A stretch of DNA of 64,000 bases, taken from a virus. Its lineage: Duplodnaviria > Caudoviricetes. How positions within the stretch are numbered: position 1 is the stretch's first letter; each line of letters starts with the position of its first letter. Shown here piece by piece: positions 50,286 through 60,395 of the stretch. The stretch spans positions 40,705 to 104,704 of IMG/VR virus record IMGVR_UViG_3300031993_000033. One strand, given 5' to 3'. The notes below the pieces were generated by a model, which searched no databases, was not told the origin of the DNA, and saw only the letters and a list, made by a program, of their open reading frames with translations. A program made the position numbers and the translations under genes.

Positions 50286-50909
50286 TCACTCCTTTCGAGA
50301 TTGCTCGACAGGAATTTTAATAGCCTCCTCAAAAGTCATCTTATTTCTATACATTCTCGTATAGATTTTAGGATAACTTAACTTTAATTCTTTACACCAT
50401 TGCATAAGATTTTGAGTTTTATCTTGGTAAGTTATCATAATGCAGCTTCGCCTATTGTTTGCCTGTTCGCTCAAAGGAATCCATGTACAATTCTCAGGAC
50501 AATAATCCCCATTATAGTCTTTGCGTTCGCAGGTTAAAGACTCATCTGCTCTTGTAAGAAGCGTCCAAGTCTTAAAGACTTCGTAGTTGTGCCATTCTTT
50601 GCACACTTCGATGCCTCTTGCACCATAATACTTATAAGAATGATAATTCTCATCATAACACCTGCGCATCATACATACCCAATGTCTATATAATTTAGTA
50701 TTAGATTCTCCATGAGTTTTGTTCCATGGGGTGTGTTTTAAACAACCACAACTCTTAACAAGCCCGTTCTTTAAATTACTTGATTCGACAGATGTAGTTT
50801 TGCCACAATCACATTGGCATATCCAATATGTTTTCTTCTTTGTAAAATCTCGTTCTTTTACGGTAAGCATATTAAATTTTAATCCTGTCAAGTCTATGAA
50901 TTTAGACAT
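50286..50909 (-). CDS. HNH-type homing endonuclease
   Basis: DLTG.KF, CQCDCG, SCGC, YGARGI.VC, ERKD...DY.PENC.W...QANN. Confidence 0.8.
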   Translation of the reverse strand: MSKFIDLTGLKFNMLTVKERDFTKKKTYWICQCDCGKTTSVESSNLKNGLVKSCGCLKHTPWNKTHGESNTKLYRHWVCMMRRCYDENYHSYKYYGARGIEVCKEWHNYEVFKTWTLLTRADESLTCERKDYNGDYCPENCTWIPLSEQANNRRSCIMITYQDKTQNLMQWCKELKLSYPKIYTRMYRNKMTFEEAIKIPVEQSRKE

Positions 50910-50965
50910 AATGAACTCCTTTCAGTTATTAATTTGGAAGTCGCTCATTATACGTTTTGTAAAAC

Positions 50966-51859
50966 TTAGAATGAGCTGTTGCAACCGCAACCATTGTTGT
51001 TAGGGCAGGTGAAGATTGCCTGATTTCCATATACAGGCTGTGCGGGTATCGGGCATGAGCGAAGTTCATTCAGGAGGGCTGTGTTAGCTGCAAGCTGAGA
51101 AGCTCTAAGCTGTGTTGTCTGGTCAACCTGTGAAGCCTGACCTCTTGCATACATAAGTTCACTTCTGAGGTTTGCGTTCTCTCTGCGCTCTGCGTCAAGT
51201 CTGTCCTGACAGAGGTCGTCCTTTATAGACTGGATTCCTGCTGTAAGAGCAGTTATGATGTTCTGAGTGTTCTGAGCTGCCTCATATCTGTCCTGACAGT
51301 TCTCCTGTGCTACTGTGTAGCGGACATCTGAAAGACCTGCCTGTACGCCGTTGAATCCCTGTGCATTTGCTGTCTGCTCTGCAAAAGAGCGATTAAGGCT
51401 TGCAATTTCGTTTGCGTTCATCTGCTGTGCAAGAGCTGTCTGTGCTCCGAAAATAGAATTATTGACACCGTTGAAACCGTTACACATATCATATCTCATA
51501 TCGCCGCAGCACTGACATAACTGAGTTGCGAGAGCCGAGATTGCACTCTGTACAGAGGTAATGCTGTCGTGGAGCTGTGCATCACGGAAACCGTTATTCA
51601 TATTGTTTCCGAGATTGTTCTGACCGTTAAGAAGCCACGGGAAGTCATAGCCAAGCATCATATTGCCATAGCCTCCGCCGAAGCCACCGCCAAAACCGAA
51701 TCCGCCATTACAGAGAGCGATAAGAAACAGTATTCCGAGCCAGCTATCTCCACCGCCGAAAAGACCGTTTCCACCACCGTAACCGCCACCAAACGGCATA
51801 CCATAAGAAGGTGTTACGAGCATTGTTGTGTCTGTTCCATTTCCATTGTTAAGAGCCAT
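50966..51859 (-). CDS. Gly-rich membrane/coiled-coil late protein
   Basis: GGG-rich N-terminus with TM, CQCC, Q/N-rich coil, GCGC tail. Confidence 0.7.
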   Translation of the reverse strand: MALNNGNGTDTTMLVTPSYGMPFGGGYGGGNGLFGGGDSWLGILFLIALCNGGFGFGGGFGGGYGNMMLGYDFPWLLNGQNNLGNNMNNGFRDAQLHDSITSVQSAISALATQLCQCCGDMRYDMCNGFNGVNNSIFGAQTALAQQMNANEIASLNRSFAEQTANAQGFNGVQAGLSDVRYTVAQENCQDRYEAAQNTQNIITALTAGIQSIKDDLCQDRLDAERRENANLRSELMYARGQASQVDQTTQLRASQLAANTALLNELRSCPIPAQPVYGNQAIFTCPNNNGCGCNSSF

Positions 51860-51974
51860 AATAACTCTCCTTTCTCCCCAAAATTGTTAATGGGGTGAGC
51901 GATTGCATCCATTATGTGCAATCGGTGTGTAAAATGAATGAATTTATATCAAGGCTATTGCCCTAATACCGAAA

Positions 51975-52567
51975 TTACCTCCTATTTAGCATTGAATAAA
52001 CTTGCCTCTGAATAAGTGGAGGTATTTGTCCGTTCTGTGCAAAATACCTAACCGCCTGTTCTGGCGTTTGTATATCTTCCGGTAAATTCTTAAAATACTG
52101 TCGCCAATTAGGAGCAAACTGCTGATAAGCCTGACCAAAATCTGGCTGTTGCATCTGCCCTTGCATTGGTTGATTTTGTGACACAAAAGGATTAGCCATT
52201 AACCTTTCAACTCCTCTACAATTTTCTTCATGTCATCAATCGTTTGTTTATAGGTTTCAAACTCAGACTTCGTTATATAGTCAGACAAATCTATATTTGA
52301 TGTGTTTTGCACTTGTTCCTCATTCTTAGGATTGTTGTCTCCTACTTTTTCAAGGCGATAAACTTCAAACAAAAAGGGTTCAAGAATAGACATTCCAACA
52401 GATTTTTTATAAACAAACCCCTCGTTTTCATTAATGAAATTAACAGAAGTATTAGGGTCAACTCTCCACTTATATGCGACTTCCTCAGAAGGCACATTTA
52501 TAAATGTGGTCATTTGAGGTTGTTGCATACCATAACCATATTGATTCCCCCAAGCCGTTTTAATCAC
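51975..52567 (-). CDS. two small Gln-rich hypothetical proteins (51975-52199, 52199-52567)
   Basis: translationally coupled ORFs. Confidence 0.6.
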
Positions 52568-52943
52568 CTTCCTTCGTATAATAATATATTGGTGTTACTA
52601 AGCCACTGTCCCAAGAATCATACCAGTCTCCATTTATAAGTCCAATGGCATGACTGCCAGTAGCGAGGATATACGAGCCATTGGGGTGCTCATTTGCAAA
52701 ATCTACAACTGAATAACAATAAGGGCAGTCGTTAGAGCAAATATATCTCTTGAAGCCTCTACGTCTAAGATAAGCATCCCATACCGCATTATTGTTTCCC
52801 CAATCACCCATAAAATATCCTTCGCCACACAGTTCTATATATATCTTTTCCCACGGTTCACCTGTCACAACAGAGATTGCTCTTATAACACAATCCCCTG
52901 CACGATAATTTTCTCGTGGGTTGTTACAGTAATATATATACAT
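52560..52943 (-). CDS. putative papain-like cysteine peptidase-fold protein
   Basis: GDCVIRAI...SH...YDSWDS, a possible Cys-His-Asp triad. Confidence 0.45.
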   Translation of the reverse strand: MYIYYCNNPRENYRAGDCVIRAISVVTGEPWEKIYIELCGEGYFMGDWGNNNAVWDAYLRRRGFKRYICSNDCPYCYSVVDFANEHPNGSYILATGSHAIGLINGDWYDSWDSGLVTPIYYYTKEGD

Positions 52944-53473
52944 TACCTCTTACCAAATCTTGCCTGTTTGTCATAAATCGTGTCAAGATTCCAATTAATG
53001 CCTTTTCTCACTCTGTAAATCCTCTCTGCTTCTTTAAGTTCAAGGTCTACATCTCTGACAAAACGCGTTATAAATTCTGCTGACGCTACTTCTGAAATAT
53101 CCACAAGGTTGCGGTAGGAGTCCTCATACAATATTTTAGATTGTTTCTCCCATTTAATCCATTCGTTCATACCATATTGTATAAGTCTCATTTTATCTTC
53201 TGATGTAAGATCATCGGTAGACTTATCTAATAATGGCATATCAAGAATGTCAATCTGTGGTGGGTTATTTGCGACTAAAATATCGTGATGATGTTGAATG
53301 TAGTATTTGCACAACTCAGAATATCCATGAGTTTCTTCTTGTAACTGATTTTCCTGTTTTCTCATATCAGGGAGTAAATCAACGAAGGCAAATATCTGAA
53401 TAAGCTGAGAGTGTATCATCATTGCTCCGACCATTCTGTTGCCAAGTGCTGTGTAAATTTCATGTAATGTCAT
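52943..53473 (-). CDS. ferritin-like fold protein
   Basis: helical; EETH, WEK...LYE, DVD.ELK. Confidence 0.45.
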   Translation of the reverse strand: MTLHEIYTALGNRMVGAMMIHSQLIQIFAFVDLLPDMRKQENQLQEETHGYSELCKYYIQHHHDILVANNPPQIDILDMPLLDKSTDDLTSEDKMRLIQYGMNEWIKWEKQSKILYEDSYRNLVDISEVASAEFITRFVRDVDLELKEAERIYRVRKGINWNLDTIYDKQARFGKR

Positions 53474-53552
53474 TAAATTTATCCTTTCCTTAGTTTTAAC
53501 GTCTTTTCAGACAAGATTTAGGTTTGTTGCGTATGTTAAAATTACCTTTTTA

Positions 53553-55718
53553 TTAGGACTGTAAAGCCTGTATCATAGCGTACAGTTCTGCGTTAGACGG
53601 CGCATACTGCTGATATGTTCTATCCATAGTCGATAAACATATCATAGGATAAATCGTCATATCAACATTTACACCTACGCCTTCATTAATTCCGTACCAA
53701 ATGCCGACAGGTGCAGATAAGTCGGACTGTGATACGTCGAATGTTGCGGTTGCGCCTTCATCTGCGCCGTATCTCACACCACTACCACTCACAGTACGGT
53801 TTGCCGCTAACATTCCTTTACCGCTTTGTACCTTACCGTCAATGCGATAATTGCCAACCTCTTTAAATATCGTTTTACCGTCAGTACGTCGCAAGATGTT
53901 GAATTCTACTGATTGTGATGTTGTTGTGCCACTAACTGTAATTGATAAATCTGGATTCACAGTAAACGATAAACCGCCGTGATTCGATACTGTATAATCT
54001 GTCCATATCAAGTTAGGATTTGCCGCTTTTATACTATCACGGGTTACATTTATCAGATTTTTATAGCTGTAATTGTTAGCCCATGAAATATTGTTTTCAT
54101 TCGTTTGCTCTTTCGCAGTCAACTCGGCGTTGCTGAGAGCGTAGGGCTGATAATCGGTGAAACCAGCTTCATAGATTTCTGCTGGTACTATCATAAAGTT
54201 GGAAACAGTAACGGTTGCGTTTGAGCTATGATATGAGTTATAACCTTTTGCGGTTTTACCAGTAGGTATTGTTACTTTTGCCGTTTTATGTCCTGATGTT
54301 GTACCCTCTGTTGTATACGCTGCTGTACCAGAGATTATCTGACCATTTTCATCAGTAAGCTGTATGCTATACTGACCAGCCGTTACTGTATAATCAAATA
54401 CTAAATACACGGACGTTCCTGCTGATATATCAATACAATTAGTGTGCTGAAACCAATACGAAGCATTACCAGTATGTTCGCCGCTATTATATGGTGCAAG
54501 ATTCTTCGCACCGTTCATTTCTTCTAAAACGGTGGTTTGCTGAGTAAGTGTGGAATTTGGTAAAGCGTAGGGTTCATAGGTGGAGTCTGCATCGTAGAGA
54601 GATTTGGGGGTTATCATAAAATCAGTTACAGTCGCACCGCCGTTTGTATAAAACTGGTATGCCGTTAAGCTCGTATTTGCTGTAATTTCATGTGTAATTA
54701 ATGTATTGTTATACGGAGGTGATGTAGAATTTTTCGCAATAGCGCTTCCGTCGACTGTAACACCTAAACCAAAACTACCTGTTGTTGTTAGCCTATAAGA
54801 TATAACATATGTGCCAGCGGGTAAGTTTACCGATGTGTTGGCAAAATAACCCGTGTTTGGTGTTGTTGCCGCATTTAACGGTGCTAAATTCTTCACACCA
54901 TTGTTTGTGTTCCAGTTTGCTTGTGTCTTGACGTTGCCCAAATCTGTCTTATCCTGTGCGCTCATAAGTCCAGCAGTTGTTGTGGTTGCTGCGCTGTATG
55001 TGGTATCAGTCCACGGTACATTACAAGCTAAGTCACCGTTGCTATCAACATTAACAGCATACGACTTACCAGAAGTTGTGGAGTTTGTAGCCGCTTCTGC
55101 AAGAGCTGTTGATGATTTGAGCTTTGCTTTAATAGTGCCAGTTGTTGTAATAGGACTACCGCTTGCAGTTGTAAGACCTGTACCAGCGGACACCTGTGTT
55201 ACGTCAGTGTCATCACCAGACGGTACATAGCTCCATGTATTTGAGCTTGTTGCCTTTGTGAGACAGATAAACATATCGCCAACCTTTGCCGCCTGTGAAG
55301 CGTATGTGCCAGCGGTAATTACCTTGTAAGTGTCGCCAACTTCCGCTGTACCGTCAACAGGCAGAGTTGTTATTGTGCCGCCTGTTCCGAGCGTTCCTTT
55401 GTAAACCATAGGCGAGGGAAGTAAATCAACAACATCGTGTACAAATGCAGTTGTTGCAAGTTTGGTGCTATCGTCAGAAGTTGTTTGCGTTGTTGCTGTC
55501 ATGCCATTTGCCAGTGCGCCAGCGGACACAATACTTGCTGGAATAGCTGTGATGTCAACCGCTTGGTTTGCATCGGGAGTAAGAGCTGTGCCATTGACCT
55601 TTACTGATTGTACCGCCGTGTCAGCTACGCCCCTTGCTGTGCTATCCTCAATATCATACACAGTGCCTTTATAATCTATTTGATTTAAAGTATTATTTGC
55701 CATTTTCTCACCTCTCAT
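53553..55718 (-). CDS. tail fibre / receptor-binding protein
   Basis: Thr/Gly/Ala-rich, TKLATTAFV and AGLMSAQDK motifs, three C-terminal KNL...Y.PYA repeats. Confidence 0.7.
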   Translation of the reverse strand: MRGEKMANNTLNQIDYKGTVYDIEDSTARGVADTAVQSVKVNGTALTPDANQAVDITAIPASIVSAGALANGMTATTQTTSDDSTKLATTAFVHDVVDLLPSPMVYKGTLGTGGTITTLPVDGTAEVGDTYKVITAGTYASQAAKVGDMFICLTKATSSNTWSYVPSGDDTDVTQVSAGTGLTTASGSPITTTGTIKAKLKSSTALAEAATNSTTSGKSYAVNVDSNGDLACNVPWTDTTYSAATTTTAGLMSAQDKTDLGNVKTQANWNTNNGVKNLAPLNAATTPNTGYFANTSVNLPAGTYVISYRLTTTGSFGLGVTVDGSAIAKNSTSPPYNNTLITHEITANTSLTAYQFYTNGGATVTDFMITPKSLYDADSTYEPYALPNSTLTQQTTVLEEMNGAKNLAPYNSGEHTGNASYWFQHTNCIDISAGTSVYLVFDYTVTAGQYSIQLTDENGQIISGTAAYTTEGTTSGHKTAKVTIPTGKTAKGYNSYHSSNATVTVSNFMIVPAEIYEAGFTDYQPYALSNAELTAKEQTNENNISWANNYSYKNLINVTRDSIKAANPNLIWTDYTVSNHGGLSFTVNPDLSITVSGTTTSQSVEFNILRRTDGKTIFKEVGNYRIDGKVQSGKGMLAANRTVSGSGVRYGADEGATATFDVSQSDLSAPVGIWYGINEGVGVNVDMTIYPMICLSTMDRTYQQYAPSNAELYAMIQALQS

Positions 55719-56680
55719 TCTATAACGAGCTTTTTACTATTAATAGTAACCTTTGCTTTATCATTCCAATTATATTTGTCGCCAGTGGTAACGAGCGAAT
55801 CATCTGTACCGCCACTTGCCGCAGCCTTGTTTTCAATGCCAATTTGTGTGGCAGTAACCTCATGTGGATTATTCTTGTCGGCTTCATGGTCTACAATTTC
55901 GCCACGAGCTACCGTATCAACAGCACTAATATCGCCAGTAGCAGAGATGGTTTGCGTACCGTCTAAGTTGTCGGTAATCTCAATATTCTCACCCTTGACA
56001 AAATGTGTCATCAAGAGATTATCAGTCTCAGTCTTAGTATAAGTAGTTGCCTGATTAGCCTTTGCGTTTAAGAGCGTATCAACTTCGCCCTTTGTGTAAC
56101 TGTCTTTAGAAAAAGGAATCCACGCATTTTCACCAGCACCAGAATCATATCCCCAAGTGTATCTCAGTCCGCTAACCTCTGAGCCAGAAGAACCCTGATA
56201 CTTGACCGTATAAGAATCGCCAATCTCGGCATCGTCTGGGAGGTCAGCGTAGTAATCTACGCTACCCTTATAAACCACGCCTTCCTCAAACGCTTCTGTC
56301 TTAGTGTCTGTATAATCCTTTGCGCCTTTCAGCGCAGCACCTAATGTTACAACATCCATATATTAATCGCCTCCTTATGCAAGAACCGTAGCCCATACAT
56401 TAGTGAATCCGCTTGCGTTTGAAACGGATATCGAGTACAGACCGCTTGCGTCAGCGGCGTAAATCTCATTATCAGTAATAGTGTCCACAACAGCAAAATC
56501 ACTGAGTCTTACCAGTGAAAGTGTCTTGTAGTCACCGTTAGCGGTCAGCTTACCAACCACCTTACATGAGCCTGTACCCGAAGCCTTAATTCTGATGTCA
56601 GAACCAGTTGAAACTTTCATTTCATTTACGACACCATTTACATATAAGTCTCCGTTAATAACAGAATATCTGTTTGCCAT
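55715..56680 (-). CDS. two tail-associated structural proteins (55715-56359, 56375-56680)
   Basis: YTK.E.D repeats and NPH.VT..QIG motif; tail module context. Confidence 0.6.
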
Positions 56681-56697
56681 AACTCATCTTCCTTTCT

Positions 56698-57447
56698 TTA
56701 ATCTGGATAAAAACTTACTACGCACCCGTCTGGGAACGAAGTGTCTGAATAAACGCAGTCGCTTGCAATAGTGACTGAACGCAGTTGTGTATTGCGAAAA
56801 GCCTCATTCCCAATAAACTTAACGCTTCTGGGTATAGAGACTGAATCTAAATTAGGACAATTTGCAAATGCACCGAAAACTACATTGTCTGGGGTCAAAC
56901 CTGTTTTAAGAGCACTATTGCTCGTCCGCCACATTGTCAGCGGCGAGTCGCCCACGAATGGCTTGTCTGGCATATCTATAAATTCCGAATTTGCGAGCTG
57001 CCCGTCTTGGTCTATATACCAGCCGAATGGGATAGTAGGTGCTTCGTAAGGCTGTATGGTACTGCCCTCATTGAGCATTACCCTTGTGGTGTATTCGCTG
57101 TTATTGGTGTAATAAACGCACAAGTGTATTGCTGTATCTGTCGTTGTAAAGGTTATAGCGTTAGAACTATCAGCACGATAGCCCCAAGCCCATAAAGATT
57201 GGTCTACAGTCGTTTCTGACGTTGCCGATAAATACTTAATGTCCTGTGATGTGAGTCCAAGCCTGAACCGTGATGATGCATCTACTCTTTGAATGGTATA
57301 TGTTGTGTTTGGCTTTAAATCGGCATAGTAGGAAGCTAAATTTGAACCGAAACCGTAACAGTAAGCGCCGGGTTCATAATCGCCAGCACTACTACTCCAA
57401 CCAACATAACAGCCTGTGTTATAGTTCTTATAAAGCAGATTTGCCAT
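56698..57447 (-). CDS. tail protein with C-terminal BspA-type LRR
   Basis: GAFANCPNLDSVSIPRSVKFIGNEAF. Confidence 0.65.
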   Translation of the reverse strand: MANLLYKNYNTGCYVGWSSSAGDYEPGAYCYGFGSNLASYYADLKPNTTYTIQRVDASSRFRLGLTSQDIKYLSATSETTVDQSLWAWGYRADSSNAITFTTTDTAIHLCVYYTNNSEYTTRVMLNEGSTIQPYEAPTIPFGWYIDQDGQLANSEFIDMPDKPFVGDSPLTMWRTSNSALKTGLTPDNVVFGAFANCPNLDSVSIPRSVKFIGNEAFRNTQLRSVTIASDCVYSDTSFPDGCVVSFYPD

Positions 57448-57459
57448 AGCTCCACCGCC

Positions 57460-58287
57460 TTACGTTTGAATCGGGAATCCGATACTGTTAAGATACTCGG
57501 CAGATGTTAGTTGTGCTGATGTTACAGAAGTCAAATACTGCCCTATACTACTGCATTTTTCGCTGTTGGCAAGCACAAGATTTGTGGCTGAATTTGCCGA
57601 AACAGCCGCTGCACTAATATCCAGCACTGAATATACGCTCACCTGACCGTCTGGGTATCGGGTAGCTGATATTGTGGCATTTGCCAGATTGCCCTTGATA
57701 TACGAGTTTACAAGTACAATATTAAGGGTTATGTCTGTTTCTCCGGAGAAATTAACGTTGCAGTATTCCATAGTACAGCAATTTCGCCAGTCTCCAGACA
57801 TATCAACTGTCGAGGTATTAGCCGTCATCTGAAAGTTAATTGAGCTGCGATAAAACTTTATTCGTCCAGAAGCCGCCAAGAATGATGTATTATCACCAGA
57901 GCCGCCATTAAGCCTGCCGGAGATCTTGCACTGACTAAAGGTGTATGTGCCAGAGGTACTGCCATTAGCAGTAATACTTGCCGCACTACTTCCGTCGCCA
58001 ATCACCCAATTGAGAAGCTGGGCGTTCTTCCATGTGCTATTTCTCCCAGCGCACGTAATCAACGCACCTGATTTCAGAAAAAGGTTCTTTACAGTTTTAC
58101 CGTCACCGTCTATCTGAGCGCAGTTCACCGTCAAGCCGGATGTTAGTCCCTCTGGGTACTCGGTATTCATATCAATGTTGCTGCCGAGCTTGATATATAC
58201 GCCGGTTTCACTTGTTTTAGAGGCAAGCTCCGCCCACGTGGTTACTACATATGGGTCTTGCTGCGTTCCTGTTCCTGTAATTGCCAT
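57460..58287 (-). CDS. beta-helix-like tail protein
   Basis: GTGTQQDPYVV start, DGDGKTVKNL. Confidence 0.55.
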   Translation of the reverse strand: MAITGTGTQQDPYVVTTWAELASKTSETGVYIKLGSNIDMNTEYPEGLTSGLTVNCAQIDGDGKTVKNLFLKSGALITCAGRNSTWKNAQLLNWVIGDGSSAASITANGSTSGTYTFSQCKISGRLNGGSGDNTSFLAASGRIKFYRSSINFQMTANTSTVDMSGDWRNCCTMEYCNVNFSGETDITLNIVLVNSYIKGNLANATISATRYPDGQVSVYSVLDISAAAVSANSATNLVLANSEKCSSIGQYLTSVTSAQLTSAEYLNSIGFPIQT

Positions 58288-58299
58288 GTCATCGCCTCC

Positions 58300-59130
58300 T
58301 TATTCTATTTTTTCAATGCCGTCCGGAATATAAACAGAAGTAACGTTTGTATAGTTAAAAGCTGTTGCTTCTAAGGTTGTAACTGGATTACCGTTATGTG
58401 TGTCAGGTACAATAGGATTTGTAACATCTCCAATATAATATAAAACGCTCGCCTCGCCATTTGAAGTATTCCAAATGTAATCACTGTCCTCTGTTGGAGT
58501 ATATGGAGGCTCGTAGGTTTCTACCGCGCCATATACATAGCACATCATAGCAGTTAGATTTGCATACTCCCCAATAACGCCAATTGTGATTTTGTGACTT
58601 CCTAAATCAAGTTCATAGGGGAGAGTAAAAGCTACTGTCTCATAGCCGTTTCCGATTACACTAAATCGCACAATATAATCCTGCAAGACATTATCTATAT
58701 ATATCTTAAAGTTGCCACTTCCGTTACTTGAGTTGTTACCTTGCACACAAGCATTGCATATCAGCAAAAGCTTAGACGAATAGTTGCTAAAGTAAATAGT
58801 CGCCACTTCTCGCTCGGTAGATAATAACTCCCCAAGTTTGTTAGTAGATACCACATAATTAGTTGTCAATCTTGTGGGGGCTGCTCCCACGTATGCGGTC
58901 GACTCCGAGAACGTGCTGCCTCTAAAGAAAAGATGAGCATTTTCGCCCACTCTCAATGCAGAGCCAGACCAGTTAGGTACTGTATAAATCGCCCCGTCCG
59001 AAAACAGTTGCACTTTTACCATGTTGTTATCAAGCACTTCTGTAACCTCGCAAGGCAGAGAGGATATAAATGGCATTTTCTTCGCCATATAAGCGATACG
59101 CTCGTCTATGAGCTGAAATAACTTATCCAT
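58300..59130 (-). CDS. baseplate/spike-like protein with C-terminal LRR start
   Basis: OB-fold-like N-terminus; AFNYTNVTSVYIPDGI. Confidence 0.5.
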   Translation of the reverse strand: MDKLFQLIDERIAYMAKKMPFISSLPCEVTEVLDNNMVKVQLFSDGAIYTVPNWSGSALRVGENAHLFFRGSTFSESTAYVGAAPTRLTTNYVVSTNKLGELLSTEREVATIYFSNYSSKLLLICNACVQGNNSSNGSGNFKIYIDNVLQDYIVRFSVIGNGYETVAFTLPYELDLGSHKITIGVIGEYANLTAMMCYVYGAVETYEPPYTPTEDSDYIWNTSNGEASVLYYIGDVTNPIVPDTHNGNPVTTLEATAFNYTNVTSVYIPDGIEKIE

Positions 59131-60391
59131 TACCTATTCCCTCCACTCCGTATACATTAGGCAGCCAGCCCAGATTTGTTGCCGTTATGCTCATAGAGCC
59201 AGCGGACAACGGCATAGAGATTGACTGTATTATAAATGTCTCATTAATAAATTTCTGTGTCTTATCCGTAATGCCGATAGTACGGTTTACATCCAAATGC
59301 GGTATGAGAGGGGAGTCAAAGGTAACATTCATACCCTTCATCGCTTCTACTATAAGCAAGTAGTTGGCGTACCGTTTGCAACGCTCCAGAACCTCATTAG
59401 CGTTTACGTCCAGATACGGCATTTCCACATCCTCCATGCGGCGTGTGCCAACCAAGCCCACACGTAGGGGAGAAGTAGGATTGTAGTTAAAGGCAGTATA
59501 CGACACGTTCTCAAACTGAGAGCTGTTAGTGAACACGGTCACACAGTTCTTGCCCTCGAAATTATATTGAAAGTTAGCAAGCCCATAGAAAGCGTTATCA
59601 CAGTTGTATTCCCACTGATGAGCCATGTACTTATAACCGTCCACTCGCGTTCCGTCTGTCAGTTCCGCAAACTGCAAATGTCCGTTTATGTCATAGTAAA
59701 CATCTGCACCATAGCCATTTGAAAGCTGAGTGAATATTTCACCTATACTGTTGTTGGAGTCTATGCTAATTTCGGATTGTGTTTTTATATTGCGATATTT
59801 AAGGTCGATTATAGGCACAACGGGGTCAACAGGCTTATCGCCACCACGATAAATTGTATACTCGTATGCGTTTTCATCGTCATGCAAATTAAGCATAAGT
59901 GCGCTGCGTATCAGCTCGTCAATCGTAGAGCCTACCTCTATCTTGTGCTGAACTCCTGCTTGGTTCATGCCGAGTGTGCCGTCCAACGCTCCACCTTTAT
60001 CAACAGCCTCTATGTTAACGGTCTTGCCGTCATAATTTGCGGATTGGGTGTAGAATACGCCTTGCGCCCACCAATAGGTGTTACCCGTAAGACGGTCTAC
60101 CACGCCAATCCACAACTTGAATTTACGCTCAAACCAAAATGTATTGTTGGCGGAGGGGATATACTGCTCGTCCACGTTAATCATGCTGAGACTAACCGAC
60201 CTACGAGTAAGCGGCTGATAGTTGATATTGAGCTGACCTTGCGCTGTTGTAGACACATCTTTTGTGATATTGCCTATAACACTCTCAAAGTAAGACAACA
60301 GTTCCAGCTTTATTTTATAGGTGTTGTGCTGATTATTGATTGCTCTTATATAGCCACTATCATACGTATTGTAGTATTCCAATCCTCTCAC
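59123..60391 (-). CDS. tail/baseplate hub protein
   Basis: 422 aa; YYDINGHL, IPHLDVN; tail module position. Confidence 0.6.
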   Translation of the reverse strand: MRGLEYYNTYDSGYIRAINNQHNTYKIKLELLSYFESVIGNITKDVSTTAQGQLNINYQPLTRRSVSLSMINVDEQYIPSANNTFWFERKFKLWIGVVDRLTGNTYWWAQGVFYTQSANYDGKTVNIEAVDKGGALDGTLGMNQAGVQHKIEVGSTIDELIRSALMLNLHDDENAYEYTIYRGGDKPVDPVVPIIDLKYRNIKTQSEISIDSNNSIGEIFTQLSNGYGADVYYDINGHLQFAELTDGTRVDGYKYMAHQWEYNCDNAFYGLANFQYNFEGKNCVTVFTNSSQFENVSYTAFNYNPTSPLRVGLVGTRRMEDVEMPYLDVNANEVLERCKRYANYLLIVEAMKGMNVTFDSPLIPHLDVNRTIGITDKTQKFINETFIIQSISMPLSAGSMSITATNLGWLPNVYGVEGIGNG

Positions 60392-60395
60392 CTCC

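Noticed and set aside
53553-59130. Diversity-generating retroelement targeting tail genes
   Set aside because: No reverse transcriptase or TR/VR pair with adenine-specific mismatches was seen in this window
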